A stretch of DNA of 64,000 nt. Source: Chiloscyllium plagiosum (lineage: Eukaryota). Position numbers and translations under genes: made by a program. Below, one piece after another: positions 36,208-48,906 of this stretch. The DNA is taken from NCBI RefSeq assembly GCF_004010195.1, contig NC_057719.1, positions 59,065,703-59,129,702 on the forward strand, read 5' to 3'. The notes under the pieces were generated by a model. It was not told the DNA's origin. It saw only the letters and a program-made list of their open reading frames with translations, and made no database searches. The stretch's first letter is position 1. Each line of letters begins with the position of its first letter.

Positions 36208-37157
36208 GTCAGCACAAGGAAGGCAGTTGTACGGCAAACCAAAACAATCCCATTAACTCCGGAGAAACCACTCCCTGTGACAGTCTGGCTAAAGTTGTTC
36301 AACAGCTTTCTGCTGCTGTTTGCTGAATTGTTCTCTTCTGTTGTTTGAAGCTGTGAAAGCGTGAGCACTGACATTTGCTGTTTTATCAAGGCCTCGATGT
36401 ATGCGCCGTTTCCCTTCCTATCCGTCAGCAATCTCTGTTAGTATCTCAATTCAAACTGAAATATCGTCGCGCCGGAAAGCCGCTGGAATGCTCCTGGGAA
36501 AATGGCAAGTGGGATCCAAGGTGGTTTTGTGGACAAGGATTCCGCTTTCTCCAAAAGATGTCGCCCTGGGCTATTTCGCAACCGTTTGAAATCCCAATAC
36601 CACCCCCCACCTCCCTCGCCTCCACCGCACCCCGGTCCCATTGAACTGAACAAGTTAGTGCAGTATCACCTTGGGGCTTGGGGCGAGTTTGAAAAGTGAC
36701 TGGCTGCTGAGGGCCAGTTTGTGATTTTAACTGCACAGGTACTGAAAGAAACAGCAGATTACTACTTCCGGATTATCCTTCGCTTCCGCTCAGAAATGAA
36801 GTATTATTATTACAGCAATTCTGGAATATACCGTCTTTAAATATAATGGATTTGTATTGCGTCTTTCGACAAGTCCAATTTGAGAGAAAATCGTTTTGAT
36901 GTACAAGAATCAAAGCTGATTGTGAATGAATGATCACACCGTTAGAGGGTGGTTGTGTTCAGCTTTGGAATGGAATGATAAGTGACTTATAGAAGGTTTT
37001 AGCTTCATTCAGTCCGTACACTGTAGGCGGCCTTTCTTTTCGAATTAGCTACTCTTCATGCCTTTTAAAATCTAATTTTAAAGTTGTATTATTCACGGCG
37101 GAGGTGTATCTTTCAAACTTTTCGACATTAATCTGTACATTGCCAAACAACGGTGGT

Positions 37158-37265
37158 AAAACCGAAAGAACTGCCGATGCTGTGAATCAGAAACAAAAAC
37201 ACAAGTTGCTGGAAAAGCTCAGCAAGTCTATTGAACTAAGAACAAATCATGTTAACGTACAATCT
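37158..37265 (-). repeat. Penelope-type terminal repeat fragment (family B) downstream of SSTR1
   Basis: aactgccgatgctg...cagaaacaaaaacacaagttgctggaaaagctcagcaagtct...gttaacgt is related to 54435-54553. Confidence 0.6.
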
Positions 37266-38545
37266 GCAGAACTCAAGAGGCTTTTCTATTGACAGTGATG
37301 ATATAGATCTGCCTTACTGGACAGCGCTTAGGCAATCACAAAGAAACACGCGCATTTTAAAATGTAAATTGACGTTGGCTAACGTGACAATCTAATTTTA
37401 TTGTTGGAACTCAGCCAAGTGGATGGCCCATTCTCAGCTCTTTTAGAGTTTCTGATTGGCAGGAGCTGCCATTTTGAACACTCAATCTTTAAAAGCCACA
37501 TTTGATGTTTAAAAGGCCCAGTGAAATCGTTCGGAAGCCGAGTATTCAATACCATCTCAGTTAACCTTTCCAGCACTGGGTATACTACTGACTCAAATCA
37601 AAACTCAAAAGTCCACAGATTCCATAGCTTTTCTTTGTTGAGAAATGAGCAAATGGGGTCAGTGTATTTACTCACAGGAGAAGTGAAATTACGCGGTATG
37701 AAAAGATGAGTTTAAAGAATACATGCTTGGTTTACAAGTGGCTACAATATATTGGGATGTTGTCTATTGACATATATCTACTCAGCTCTTTTGTTCAGTG
37801 CGTCACTTCATATAGGGGGGTGATCATGTCCGTTATATTATTTGAACCGAGTATTATTTAACTTTTTAACATATTAGAGATCAAGTCTGTGTTAAACATT
37901 GCTCGTATTTTAAGAGTAAAATATTTTAATCAAAGCCACAATTGATTTCAGCTGTATTCTTTTGTAAACAGCGGCAGCGTTTTAATGGCATCCGTCCAAA
38001 CTGACGTTTCCTGGAAACGACATTTACTCATCCGATCAATGTCAATATAAGCCCAGTCTCAATAGTTGCAACAATACTAACTGCACGTCCTGGTGAATGA
38101 CTTTGGTTGTTAGCATATTTGCATGGTCAATAACCCTATGATCATGTGTCTTTTATTTCTAAGTCATTGCAATATTTTTTTCTTGCACAAATTGCTTAGA
38201 TATTTTTTCTATCGCATCATTTACTTAAAGTTGCTAAGTAACTCACAGCAACAACTTGGCAAAAGTCAAACTGTTTAACTTGTTATTCTTTATTGTACAG
38301 TCAATGGTACACAAGGGCATCACCTATCTATTGGGGACATTATTCGTGTTTCCTGTTCAGTAAAGTATACACAGTAGCCTTCTAAAAGACCGTTATAAAA
38401 ATCCACGCTTCCTTCACGTTAAACCAGATAAATTATGCATTACCCCAGTTATTGGATAGTTATATTCGCCTCCTGTAAGTTAACACATACGTTGGTGCAA
38501 GATTGCAATTGTAGAGTGAGCGCCTCCTCGTGGCTCCTCAATGTG

Positions 38546-39868
38546 CTAACGACTTATTTCACCGTTTTCCTTGGGAACGTTAACTTCATTTTCACTCGCT
38601 GATGTGGTTTCAACATAATGGTTTTCGTTTGTAACATTCACAGTTTCCACCGAGTCTTTGGCGTTCACCTGAGGAACCGAATCTGTGCTTTTCAACGCCA
38701 GGCCATCCTCGCTGGGTGCTGCTTTGTGGGTGCCTCCTCTTCTCCGTTCCCGAATAATTATTACCACAATCATGATCAGCAGCACCAGAACCAGGACGCC
38801 GATGATGACCTGATATATTAGAAAGGGCGCGTTTGAATGCGCTTCCTGCTTTCCTTGTTCTGCATCCCTGAAAGTTGGGGGAAATGTAACTGTTACATTT
38901 TCAGCAGTTTGAGGGAATGGTCTTGTTGGAGGTTCAGTGGCTAATGTCGATGCAGGGAAAGCTGAGATATTGGCAGCTACACTTGCTGTGCCTATGAACC
39001 CGTTCCTGGACGATTCATTGAAGCCAGATTCCACATTTCCATTTGGAACGCATTTTCTTTGTAGAGGGTCCATGGAAAAATCCTTGTTACAGTAACAGAA
39101 GTAGTCTCCGGCGATCTGAAAACAGCGATTTTGACACGAGCTTTCATTTGTTTTATTCCAACAGCTGTTGCACATAGATGCCTGGCTCCTGGAAGATGAC
39201 CATTTGATTTTCCCGTTCTCGCGGTCACATTTCAAAACGACAGACTTGCCGTTGGGGCAGCCGATGATAGCCACTGAACCTGCGGGTACAGCGGGCCAGA
39301 ACTCACTCCCACTCTGCTGGGGTTTTTGATACACCACCTCTCCAAATTCAAAATTGAGATGCTCGCACATTTGGTACTTGCAGATGAAACCATCGTTTTC
39401 TTTGTTGCATGCGGAAGTTTTCCATTGAAGTTGGTTTGGGAGAACCGCCTGAAGTTGCACACATCTCTCGTGTGTGCAGGTACGCTCGGGTTCCCCAATC
39501 CAGGGACTGTAAGTGGAATGGTCATTCCCATTAACCCAGTAGAATCCACGGAGCGGTTTGTCAGGATAGTAACACTGTTTCACCTTCCTGTGGAGTCCTA
39601 TCCACAGGTGATACAGTTGTGCTTTGGCTGGCACGTTATTTTCCAATAGCCGCCGAATGTTCTCGGCTTCACCTGGACTTTCCATGGTGCTCAGGATTCC
39701 CCTCTTGTCCTCGCATAGTTTCTTTGCGTGTGGAAAGGAACGTCTATCCAAATGCAAACTGTAACACATTCCAGCATTGCAAAAGTTTGGTGGTGTTACC
39801 TGGGACCGAACCCCTGAATTTTGTAAATAGTTCTGTAGCCAAAGTGCAATGAACACTGAACGAAGCAT
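38546..39868 (-). CDS. CLEC14A: C-type lectin domain family 14 member A (thrombomodulin/CD93/CD248 family), 440 aa, uninterrupted CDS
   Basis: Signal peptide; group-14 CTLD (CYSLH, LWIGL, LRGFYWV, W.GEP..TCT..RCV.L, DGFICKY); sushi-like segment (PAGSVAIIGC); one EGF-like repeat (YFCYC); S/T/P-rich stalk; TM helix (VIIGVLVLVLLIMIVVIII) then RERRR. The single EGF and the convergent position next to SSTR1 favour CLEC14A over THBD or CD93. Confidence 0.9.
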   Translation of the reverse strand: MLRSVFIALWLQNYLQNSGVRSQVTPPNFCNAGMCYSLHLDRRSFPHAKKLCEDKRGILSTMESPGEAENIRRLLENNVPAKAQLYHLWIGLHRKVKQCYYPDKPLRGFYWVNGNDHSTYSPWIGEPERTCTHERCVQLQAVLPNQLQWKTSACNKENDGFICKYQMCEHLNFEFGEVVYQKPQQSGSEFWPAVPAGSVAIIGCPNGKSVVLKCDRENGKIKWSSSRSQASMCNSCWNKTNESSCQNRCFQIAGDYFCYCNKDFSMDPLQRKCVPNGNVESGFNESSRNGFIGTASVAANISAFPASTLATEPPTRPFPQTAENVTVTFPPTFRDAEQGKQEAHSNAPFLIYQVIIGVLVLVLLIMIVVIIIRERRRGGTHKAAPSEDGLALKSTDSVPQVNAKDSVETVNVTNENHYVETTSASENEVNVPKENGEISR

Positions 39869-39949
39869 GTTAAGAGTTCCCCAACAAGGGTATTCGCGTT
39901 AGGTGCAGCTTTCTCAGACCGGGAGGCTGTCAAGTTGGTTAGCTTTGTC

Positions 39950-40300
39950 TCCACTTGACTCCTGCTTCCCGACTGTAAGGGATCAAACTCAAACACGCCC
40001 CAGCTCTAAGGGAAGTCTGAGAATTATATTTATGGCTTGTGCATCCTGTGCACCGTCGACAGGAAGTTGGAATTCAGCACTTTAAAGAGACCCTCTCCAG
40101 GAAAAAGTGCTTACAAATATGAGGGTTTGACAAACATTGGCGTGTTTCGAACACGCCTGCAATAGGATTGTTGCTTTACAATGGAAAGGAGCCAAAGGCT
40201 CTGAGCAGCTTACCCGGTATTGGAGAGGACCAGGTTTATGGTGTAGCGTTGATAACGAGAGGACGATTCAATAGCCTTGAGTTGTAAATAGGAATCGGAG
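39950..40300 (-). promoter_or_regulatory. Candidate CLEC14A promoter
   Basis: TATA-like CATAAATATAA on the minus strand (40024-40034). ETS sites at 40041-40049 and 40059-40067, SOX-like ACAATGG at 40178-40184, GTAAATAGGAA at 40284-40294. Confidence 0.5.
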
Positions 40301-40565
40301 CCCTCTAACAACACAATTTTGAGTCAAAAAAAAGTCAGTCATATTTCATCTGTGTCAAGATAACTGTTAGTCGGTGACAAAGGAACAACAATATAACTAG
40401 AGGTGTTTTAAGAAGGAATATAAACATGGTACAAAAGTCTTGGATAAACAATTAGGTGGAAATAGGTACTGCTTTGTACACAAGGTTTTGTTGCAAATTT
40501 GATACCTCAGTTCTGTAACAACCACGTCCCTGTCTTCAGCATAAATACCTTTTCATAGCTACAAT

Positions 40566-40666
40566 CAGTTCTGGAGAAGTGTCACTGGACCCTAAAGTTA
40601 GCTCTGCTTTCTCTCCACAGATGCTGCCAGACCTGAACTTCTCCAGCAATTTCTGTTTGTGTTTCA
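40566..40666 (+). repeat. Penelope-type terminal repeat (family B) with decayed hammerhead
   Basis: cagttctggagaagtgtcactggaccctaaagttagctctgctttctctccacagatgctgccagacctg is a diverged reverse complement of 54435-54553. Confidence 0.65.
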
Positions 40667-41149
40667 AGAAATAGCACTACTTCCTTTGAACAACAAACAT
40701 TACAGGCAGCTAAGGACAAAAGACAAGCTAGATAATACATGCAGTCCCACCTAAATCATACACTTCAGACAGACCTGCAATCAGGCTCCTCAATCACACT
40801 AGAGCATACATCCGATGGCTGGCTCAGATGATCACAAGGAACAGCCATCATCTAAAACAAAGAGAAATCAAGAATGATTACAGTGGGAGTTGTCAGCTGT
40901 AGATGGAGACATTGCTGGAAATTTGCCCTGTGACATTCTGGCAATGTGATGCCTGTCAATATTATTGCATTTACATGTCATCACAGGCATATTACTAATG
41001 GACCCCACAGCCGCTTCTGATAATGTGGCATGTTGGCCTGCTCCTAAAGATGTTCAAAATGCTTCAAACTTGTGTCATGAATATGGCAAAAACTCCGTTG
41101 CAATGGATGTTTCAGAGTCAACATTGGGTAAAGGAGAAGTACATGGAGA

Positions 41150-42333
41150 AGGTTATGAACGAATAGAAAGGAATAAGTTGATTAGGGATAGTCAACACAA
41201 TTTTGTGAAGGGTAGGTCGTGCCTCACAAACCTAAGAGTTCTTTGAGAAGGTGACCAAACAGGTGGGTAAGGATAAAGCGGTTAATGTGGTGCGTATGGA
41301 TTTCAGTAAGGTGTTTGATAAAGTTCCACATGGTAGACTATTGCACAAAATACAGACGCATGGGATTGAGGGTGATGTAGCAGTTTGGATCAGAAATTGG
41401 CTAGCTGAAAGAAGGTGGAGGGTGGTAATTGATGGGAAATGTTCATCCTGGAGTTCAGTTACTAGTGGTTTACTGCAATAATCTGTTTGGGGTCACTGCT
41501 GTTTGTCATTTTTATAAAAGACCTGGATGAGTGCATAGAGAGATGGTAAATGGAGTTTAATGTGTAAAGTGTGAGGTGATTCACTTTGGAAAAAGCAACA
41601 GGAATAAAGAGTACTGGGCTAAATAGTCAGATTCTTGGTAGTGTAGATAAGCAGAGAGATCTTGGTGTCCATGTCCATAGATCCCCTGAAAGTTGCCACC
41701 CAGTTTGATAGGATTGTTAAGAATGCATGTTGTGCATTGGCTTTTGTTAGTAGAGGGATTGAATTTTGGAGCCATGATGTCATGCTGCAGCTGTACAGAA
41801 CTCTGGTGCGGCTGCACTTGGAGTATTGCGTGCAGTTCTGGTCATCAAATTATAGGAAGGAGGTGGAAGCTTCAGAAAGGGTTCAGAGAAGATTTACTGG
41901 GATGTTTCCTGGTATGCAGGGAAGGTCTTATGAGGAAAGGCTGAGGGACTTGAGGCTGTTTTCATTAACGAGAAGAAAGTTGAGAAGTGACTTAGTTGAG
42001 ACATACAAAATAATCAGAGAGTTAGATATGGTGGATAGTGACAGCCTTTTTCCTTGGATGGTGATAACTAGCACGAGGTGACATAGCTTTAAATTGGGAG
42101 GGTGATAGATATAGGACAGATGTCAGAGGTAGTTTCTTTACTCAGAGAGTAGTAAGGACATGGAATGCCTTGCCTGCAGCTGTAGTAGACTCGCCAACAT
42201 TTAGGGCATTTAAATAGTCATTGGATAAACATATGGATGAAAATTGAATAGGTTGGATCAGCTTCAGATTGTTGCACTGACCTGTGAAACCATCGAGGGC
42301 CAAAGGGCCTGTACTGCGCTATAATGTTCTATG
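41150..42333 (+). mobile_element. CR1 LINE RT to 3' end, degenerate
   Basis: IRDSQHNFVKGRSCLTNL, MDFSKVFDKVPHGRL and LYRTLVRLHLEYCVQFW..; tail ends atgttctatg. Confidence 0.92.
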
Positions 42334-43269
42334 GCAAGAAAATAGATTACCATGAAGCTAGGTGTGAGCACCAATTCAAATATATTACAATTGACATGCC
42401 AACGAACTCTTCCTGTCCATTTACATATGCTCATGATACATGCCATCCAAAGTTTATCCTTCTGCATTGTCATTCTTAAAAAAAAGTTGACAACTGGTGC
42501 AAAAAAATGGTCCCTCCAAAACCATATGCACTGTACTTCATCTGCACTGTACTTCACCTGCACAAAGCCAGTGCCAAAAAAAAGTTTGCATTACATAGGT
42601 AAGAGAAACTAAAGATTGATCTCAATTCAATATACTCTGGAATAAGTTTGAGATACAAACATCTGAAGAAAACAGCAAAGGTCAAAGGCAGAAACAACCT
42701 ATTAGCCAACGTTATCTGACCTATATGGGCTGCTGCTGTCACAACACTCCAAATCTCAATACTTGCTCTAATATTCTCCACAGCAGAGTATTGTCCACTA
42801 GTCTGGCACAGCTCAGCACAGATTGTGGACATCGATTGAATACAACAATGTCCATTATAATTGGAAGCCTCCACTGAACACCTCTTCCAATCATTCTGTC
42901 TTCCCAAATACCACATCCACACATCTACCAATTAATACAAATCTACTAGTTGGCATAACTATCTATGCTACACTTTCTACTCCACAATGATCTGTTCAAA
43001 CCATCTAATGCCTGTCTTTCATCTCAGATCCCCATATGGAGCAATTTCCTACAGACATCTTATGGATCATGGAACATGGAATCGTAAGTAAGTTCCTTGT
43101 GACAAACCCCACCTATCTTATGGCTGGTGTTAAAGTATCACAATGAGAGTGATCCTTGCTAAACAGATTCTGGACAAACCAAGGCCCCTGTGCAACCAAG
43201 TCCATTGCTAGTGCCTGAATACAAACTGTGAAAGCAATTTTGGAAAGACACTGACATGCTGCATGTAAT

Positions 43270-43748
43270 TGATTTACAAGGATGTTGCAAGGGTTGGAGG
43301 ATCTGCACTACAGGGAGCGGCTGAACAGGCTGGGGCTTTTTTCCCTGGAGCGTCGGAGGCTGAGGGGTAACCTTGTAGAGGTTTGCAAAATTATGAGGGG
43401 CATGGAAAGGATAAATAGACAAAGTTTTTTCCCTGGGGTCAGGGAGTCCAGAACTAGAGGGCATAGGTTTAGGGTGAGTGGGGAAAGATATAAAAAAGAC
43501 CTAAGGGTCAACCTTTTCAAACAGAGGGTGGTACGTTTATGGAATGAGCTGCCAGAGGAAGTGGTGGAGGCTGGTATAATAGCAACATTTAAGAGGTATT
43601 TGGATGGATATATGAATAGGAAGGGTTTGGAGGGATATGGGCTGGGTGCTGGCAGGTGGGACTAGATTGGGTTGGGATATCTGGTTGGCATGGACGGGTT
43701 GGACTGAAGGGTGTGTTTCCATGCTGTACATCTCTATGACTATGACTA
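43270..43748 (+). mobile_element. CR1 LINE 3' end
   Basis: YRERLNRLGLFSLERRRLRGNL...TRGH.F...WNELPEEVVEA; tail tctctatgactatgact. Confidence 0.92.
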
Positions 43749-44129
43749 AATGAGACATAGCTCTTGTATAGATTGAGTGGCCGTCTAAGCACCTTAAATT
43801 CAGAAAATTGATTTTGAAGATTTGGATTCACTAAAAATGAATATCTTAATGATTCCACAGAGGCTATAGTAAGTACATTAGTTCATGGTTCCATCCCAAT
43901 TGTTATTAACCATGAAGTTCAAAGATCCAGCCAGTTATTCATTGGCAGGCAGTCAAAGAAAACTGGAGGTGGGAAAGAGATGTGGAGAATTTTGATCCTA
44001 CAAGTAACTATTAGTTACTTATTGAAATTGCTTCAAATCCAAGTAGTAACAAAGGAGCATAGGAAACATAAACATAGAACAGGAGTAAGTTAATGAGCCC
44101 AAATGACTATTGCAGTATTCAGTGAAATT

Positions 44130-44248
44130 GGGCTTATGCCCGAAATGTCAATTCTCCTGCTCCTTGGATGATGCCTGACCCGCTGCGCTTTTCCAGCAAC
44201 ACATTTTTCAGCTCTGATCTCCAGTATCTGCAGTCCTCACTTTCTCCT
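44130..44248 (+). repeat. Penelope terminal repeat (family A), 5'-truncated within the hammerhead
   Basis: gggcttatgcccgaaatgtcaattctcctgctccttggatg...ctgcagtcctcactttctcc; lacks the CUGANGA box. Confidence 0.85.
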
Positions 44249-45611
44249 GCAATTTAACTCATCACATTAACTCTAATATATTTGTCCCACATTTTTAAAT
44301 GCACTTGTTTAATGAAAACTTATCAATTCTAAATTAAGAAATAAGAATTGACCTCATATGAATCGTCATTTGAAGAAGAGAATTCCAATTCTATAGAGCT
44401 TTTCCTCATTTCACTTCTGCAAGGCTGGTTCAAATCTTTCATGTTAGCTTCCTCAACCAGCAGCAATTGGTTGCCTCTAACTACCTTATCAGTTTCCATC
44501 ATACCTTGAAAACCTCAATTAAGTCACCTCTAAACATTTCAAATTAACTTTTATTTCTGAAAGCCTCTGCTTCCAGCTTTTCACAATTTAGACAGTAGTC
44601 TATTCGATCCTTTTTGGGTTAAAAAAGGTGAATGATCTCACATTTCCTTACACTGAAATCAATTTGGCTCAAATTGGCCAATTCAATTCATCATTTAATA
44701 TCTCTTTGTAATTTAATTCTTCCATCTACACTTACTATAATACTGCCTATTTTTATGTAATTTGACAAACCAGGATATGTAACTTTCTATCTCACCATTA
44801 GTCACTCATAAATACAATGAAAAGGTGAAGACCCAACATGGATCTTGCAGGACACCCCAAGTCCCATTTTGCCAATTATAGCAACTACTCTAAGGAGGGG
44901 TGTGTTGATTTGCAATGGGCTGTGTCTGTGTCTGTGTCTGTTTCTGTGTCCTGTGTCTGAGCCATGAGCTTTGAGGTTGATTCCAGAATTTGATGGCCAT
45001 GAAAGGTGCTTCGGTAATATGACCAAACAGGTTGACTGTCAATCTGCAAATCCTTCCCATATGTCCGATGGTGGGAGAGTATCCTGGTCAGCCATCCTTC
45101 AAAAAGCAATGGCAGTACTACATACTCTGCTGAGTATAACCATGGACCTTCGCAAATCAAATAGAGGTCTAAGGTTGTCAATGCATTCTTAGGACATGGG
45201 ACATGAAGACAGAGTGAGATAGAAACAGATATGTATTGTACTCTATCTCTGATGGCTTAACCAATTTCCTCATTGGATCATTAATTAGTTACAACGCAAA
45301 AAACTTCAGTTAGCTATCTTTTTGAAAGATCATGTAGTGATACAGACAGAGGTTTACAGCACAGGAAAAGGCCTTTTGGCCTTTTGGATTTGCATTGGTC
45401 CAAAACAACCACTTAACTATTCTAATGTCATTTTCTGGCCCTTTGTATTACAAGTGCACCTTTAAATGCTTCCTAAATGTTTGGTGGTGTCTGCCTTTAT
45501 AATCTTTATAGATAGTGAGTTTCAGATTCCCACCTCCTTGATGAAAATATCCCTCTCACCTCTGTCATTGGTCTCTCCGCCAAGGGGAAAGGTATCTTCC
45601 AGTATCCCCTG

Positions 45612-46267
45612 TGTTATGGAGCAGGCCAGACCCCCTCAAATCATTTCAGGAAAATGGACCAGGCCCTAACTTTGCTAGTTGTTTAAAGGAGGTGTAACGC
45701 GGATATTCTCAGAGGGATGCAGTTGGTGAAGCCACTTAGTTTTAAACAAACAGAATTTATTTACAAGATTACAAAATGAAATACAAACAATGGAGAAGAG
45801 AGTACAGAATAGCTTTAACCATTTGAACCTCCAAGGAATCATACCAACTTAATGATGCTGTTCCAAATACTTACAAAAATCCCCCTAAAGATCCTTGGTA
45901 CAAAAGGTAAAATCAAACACAGAGTCTTACAGGGGAGAAGTCAGAGAGACAGTACAAGCATGGACCTGCCTCTTTGGGTCCAATAGCTTCAAAACTGTCT
46001 GAACTCCTTTCAGTGAACAGCCAGACGCTAAAACCAAATCAAACCAGAGAAAAACTGAGCCAGGAGAACTGGTCATTTCCCTTTCATTATACTTTTTAAA
46101 GGAAAACTTGAAAGCCTTATGCTCGAGGCAGTATCTGTTAGTTATAATCAAATTGGCCCTAAAACCCATTGAAACCTAAACTTTTTGGAACCTATGTTTT
46201 TTTACAACCTCTCTTTAAAAAATACCAAGGACAACATAACCTTATTCAAAGGAGCAGCAGCATCACA
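45612..46267 (-). repeat. 3' LTR of the Gmr1-like element
   Basis: tgtta...atcaca termini; homologous to 3971-4606; preceded on the minus strand by agggtggaggcaag (polypurine tract). Confidence 0.85.
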
Positions 46268-48860
46268 CTTGCCTCCACCCTGAAAAATAAAAATGAACCA
46301 TCAACACCCAAAGATGGCTTTAACCTAAATTGTTAGTATTCTACAACAGACATATATTACATTGACAATAATCATCCAAACATGTAGAACTACAATTTGT
46401 TTCAGTCCATTTTACTCCTACCACCAAATGCCTCTGTTCCTCGTTCAAGTCTCAACAATGCATTGTCACTCATGTTTTCTCGACCTGCCACGTGCACAAT
46501 TTTCAAATTGAATCGCTGAAACAAGTAGCTCCATCTAAACAGTCTGGCATTTTTGTCCGTAAATTTTTCCACAAACCTCAATGGGTAATGATCAGTGTCT
46601 GTGATTGTCCCAGACATGTTACTCGAAATGTTGTAACGCCAACACCAAGCTCAAAGTCACCTTCTCAACTGTCAAATATTTCTGCTGAATAATGTTCAAT
46701 TTCCTGGAGAAAAACCCAATAGGTGTTTCTAACTTCTCGCTATCTTCCTGCAAGACCACAGCACCGACACCCAGATCACTCGCACCGATAGCCACTCTGA
46801 ATGGTCTTGCATAAAAAGGTACAGCTAATACTGGGGCAGTGGTTAACATAGCTTTCAGGTTGTCAAATGCCTTCTGACAGTCTGCTATCCACTGAAACTT
46901 CTTGCTTTTCTTTAGCAATTCAGTGTGTGGAGCAGCCACACTACTAAAATATGGTACAAACTTTTGATAAAATCCACTCAATGCCAGGAATTGTAGTACT
47001 GCTCTTTTTGTTGATAGTTTGGGAAACTCCCCAGTTACCTTTGTTTTTGCATTCCATGGGGCCATTTGTCCATGTCCAACAACAGGAAGGTGACTTGGGC
47101 TTTGGCAAATTCACTTTTAGCTAACTTTATCACCAAGCCTGCCTTCCAAAGTTGATCAAACAAGTCTGATAAATGTTGCAAATGTTCCTTTCATGTGTGA
47201 CTGAAAATCACCTATATATATGTCACAATTGGGTAATCTGGCAATGACCTTATTGGTTAGTCTCTGAAATGTTGCTGCCACATTTTTCATATCAAATGAC
47301 ATAACATTAAATTGATACAGTCCATTCAGTGTTACAAAAGCCAAAATTGTCTTCACTATTTCTGTCAAAAGGTACCTTCGCTCTTTCTGAGCAAGTCCAA
47401 CTTAGAAATGTAAGTTGCTCATCTGACCTATTCAACACAGTCTTTCAAACATAGAATCAGATATGAATCAGTCTTTGTAATTGCATTGACTTTGCGATCA
47501 TCCACACATAACCATTGGGTACCATCTGGTTTTGGCACCATTACTATAGGTGAGCTCCAGTCATTGTAAATCATTTTGATTATGTCGTCTTGGAGCATGT
47601 ATTCAATCTCCTTTTGAATCTGTGTCAACCTTAGAGGTTAGGCCTATAAGGATGTTGCTTAATCGGAACAGCATTCCCTATATCTACATCACGCGTAATT
47701 AGATTACTACTTCCCAGTTTATTAGATTACTACTTCCCATGTGATAGTAATAACTCTTTCAGGTCGTTTCAATTTTCCTCTGGAAGATAACTCAATAATT
47801 TATTCCAATTTTTGAAAACTTCCTCATTGTCCAATTTAATTTGAGGAACATCCAGTTCAGAATCCACTGAACTTGGCTTTTCCTTCTGCATTGTAATCAT
47901 TAACACCTTCTCCTCTTGATTTCCTTCCCTGTCAAAATATCTTTTGAGTGTATTCACATAATACACTCTGAAATTTCTTTCTGTTTGGAGTCCTTATCAA
48001 ATAGCTCACCTCACTCAATTTCCTTTTGACCTGATGAGGTCCATTATACCTTGCCTTTAAAAGGATTACCAATCACGGGAAGTAACACTAACACCAAATC
48101 CCCGATAGCAAAATTGTGAGTTTTTGATTTCTTGTCTGCTTAGTGTTTCATTGTATACTGTGATACTTTTAAATGCTGTCTAGCTAACTCTCCTGCTCTA
48201 TTTAATCGTTCCCTAAAATTTAGCACAAAGTCCAAATATGTGGTCTCTGAATTCTGACTTCCTAATTTCTCAATCAATTTTAGCATTCCTCTCACTTCAT
48301 GCCCAAAATCTAATTCAAATGGACTAAATTTGGTCGATGCATTTGGTGTATCTCAGATCGCAAAAAGCACAAATGGAATTCCCTCATCACAATCTTCTGG
48401 ATAGTCCTGACTATAAGCCCTCAACATGGTCTTTAATGTCCAATGCCACCTTCCCAGCGATTCTGGATAGTACACAGTAGATTTGAATTGTTTTATTCCT
48501 AAACTGTCCAAAACTTCCTTGAATAATTTTGATGTGAAGTTTGACCCTTGATCTGAATGTATGTCTGAGGGTAGTCCGTATTAAGTGAAAAACTAAGTGA
48601 GTGATTCCTTGACAATCCTTTTAGCTAAGATATTGCATAATGGAATGGCCTCTGTGAATCTAATGGACACATCCATTACTGTTAATAAATACTGATTCAC
48701 ACTTTTTGTTTTAGGTAGGAGTCCTATGCAATCAATTAAGCTCTTGTAAAAAGTTCATCAATTGCAGGAACAGGTATTAAAGGTACAGGTTTTATTACTG
48801 CCTGTGGTTTTCCAATTACCTGACATGTACGACATGTCTGGCAAAATTCAACTACAGTCT

Positions 48861-48906
48861 AGATTAGAGTGGTGCTGGAAAAGCACAGCAGGTCAGGCAG
48901 CATCCT
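48861..48906 (-). repeat. Tiny Penelope terminal-repeat fragment inside the Gypsy integrase region
   Basis: gtggtgctggaaaagcacagcaggtcaggcagcatcc interrupts the integrase zinc-finger region. Confidence 0.7.

Noticed and set aside
35223..36431. Antisense and alternative-frame ORFs over SSTR1 (likewise over CLEC14A)
   Set aside because: Expected shadows of GC-rich coding sequence; no recognisable domains.
37307..37328. REST/RE1 site downstream of SSTR1
   Set aside because: Only the right half (GGACAGCGC) matches; the left half is absent.
38546..39868. Thrombomodulin or CD93 identity
   Set aside because: Only one EGF-like repeat rather than five or six, and the neighbour is SSTR1 rather than SSTR4.
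3971..46267. The two homologous LTRs as ends of one giant element capturing SSTR1 and CLEC14A
   Set aside because: Their internal sequences point outward: the left LTR is a 5' LTR with its body to the left, and the right is a 3' LTR with its body to the right. No shared TSD was seen.
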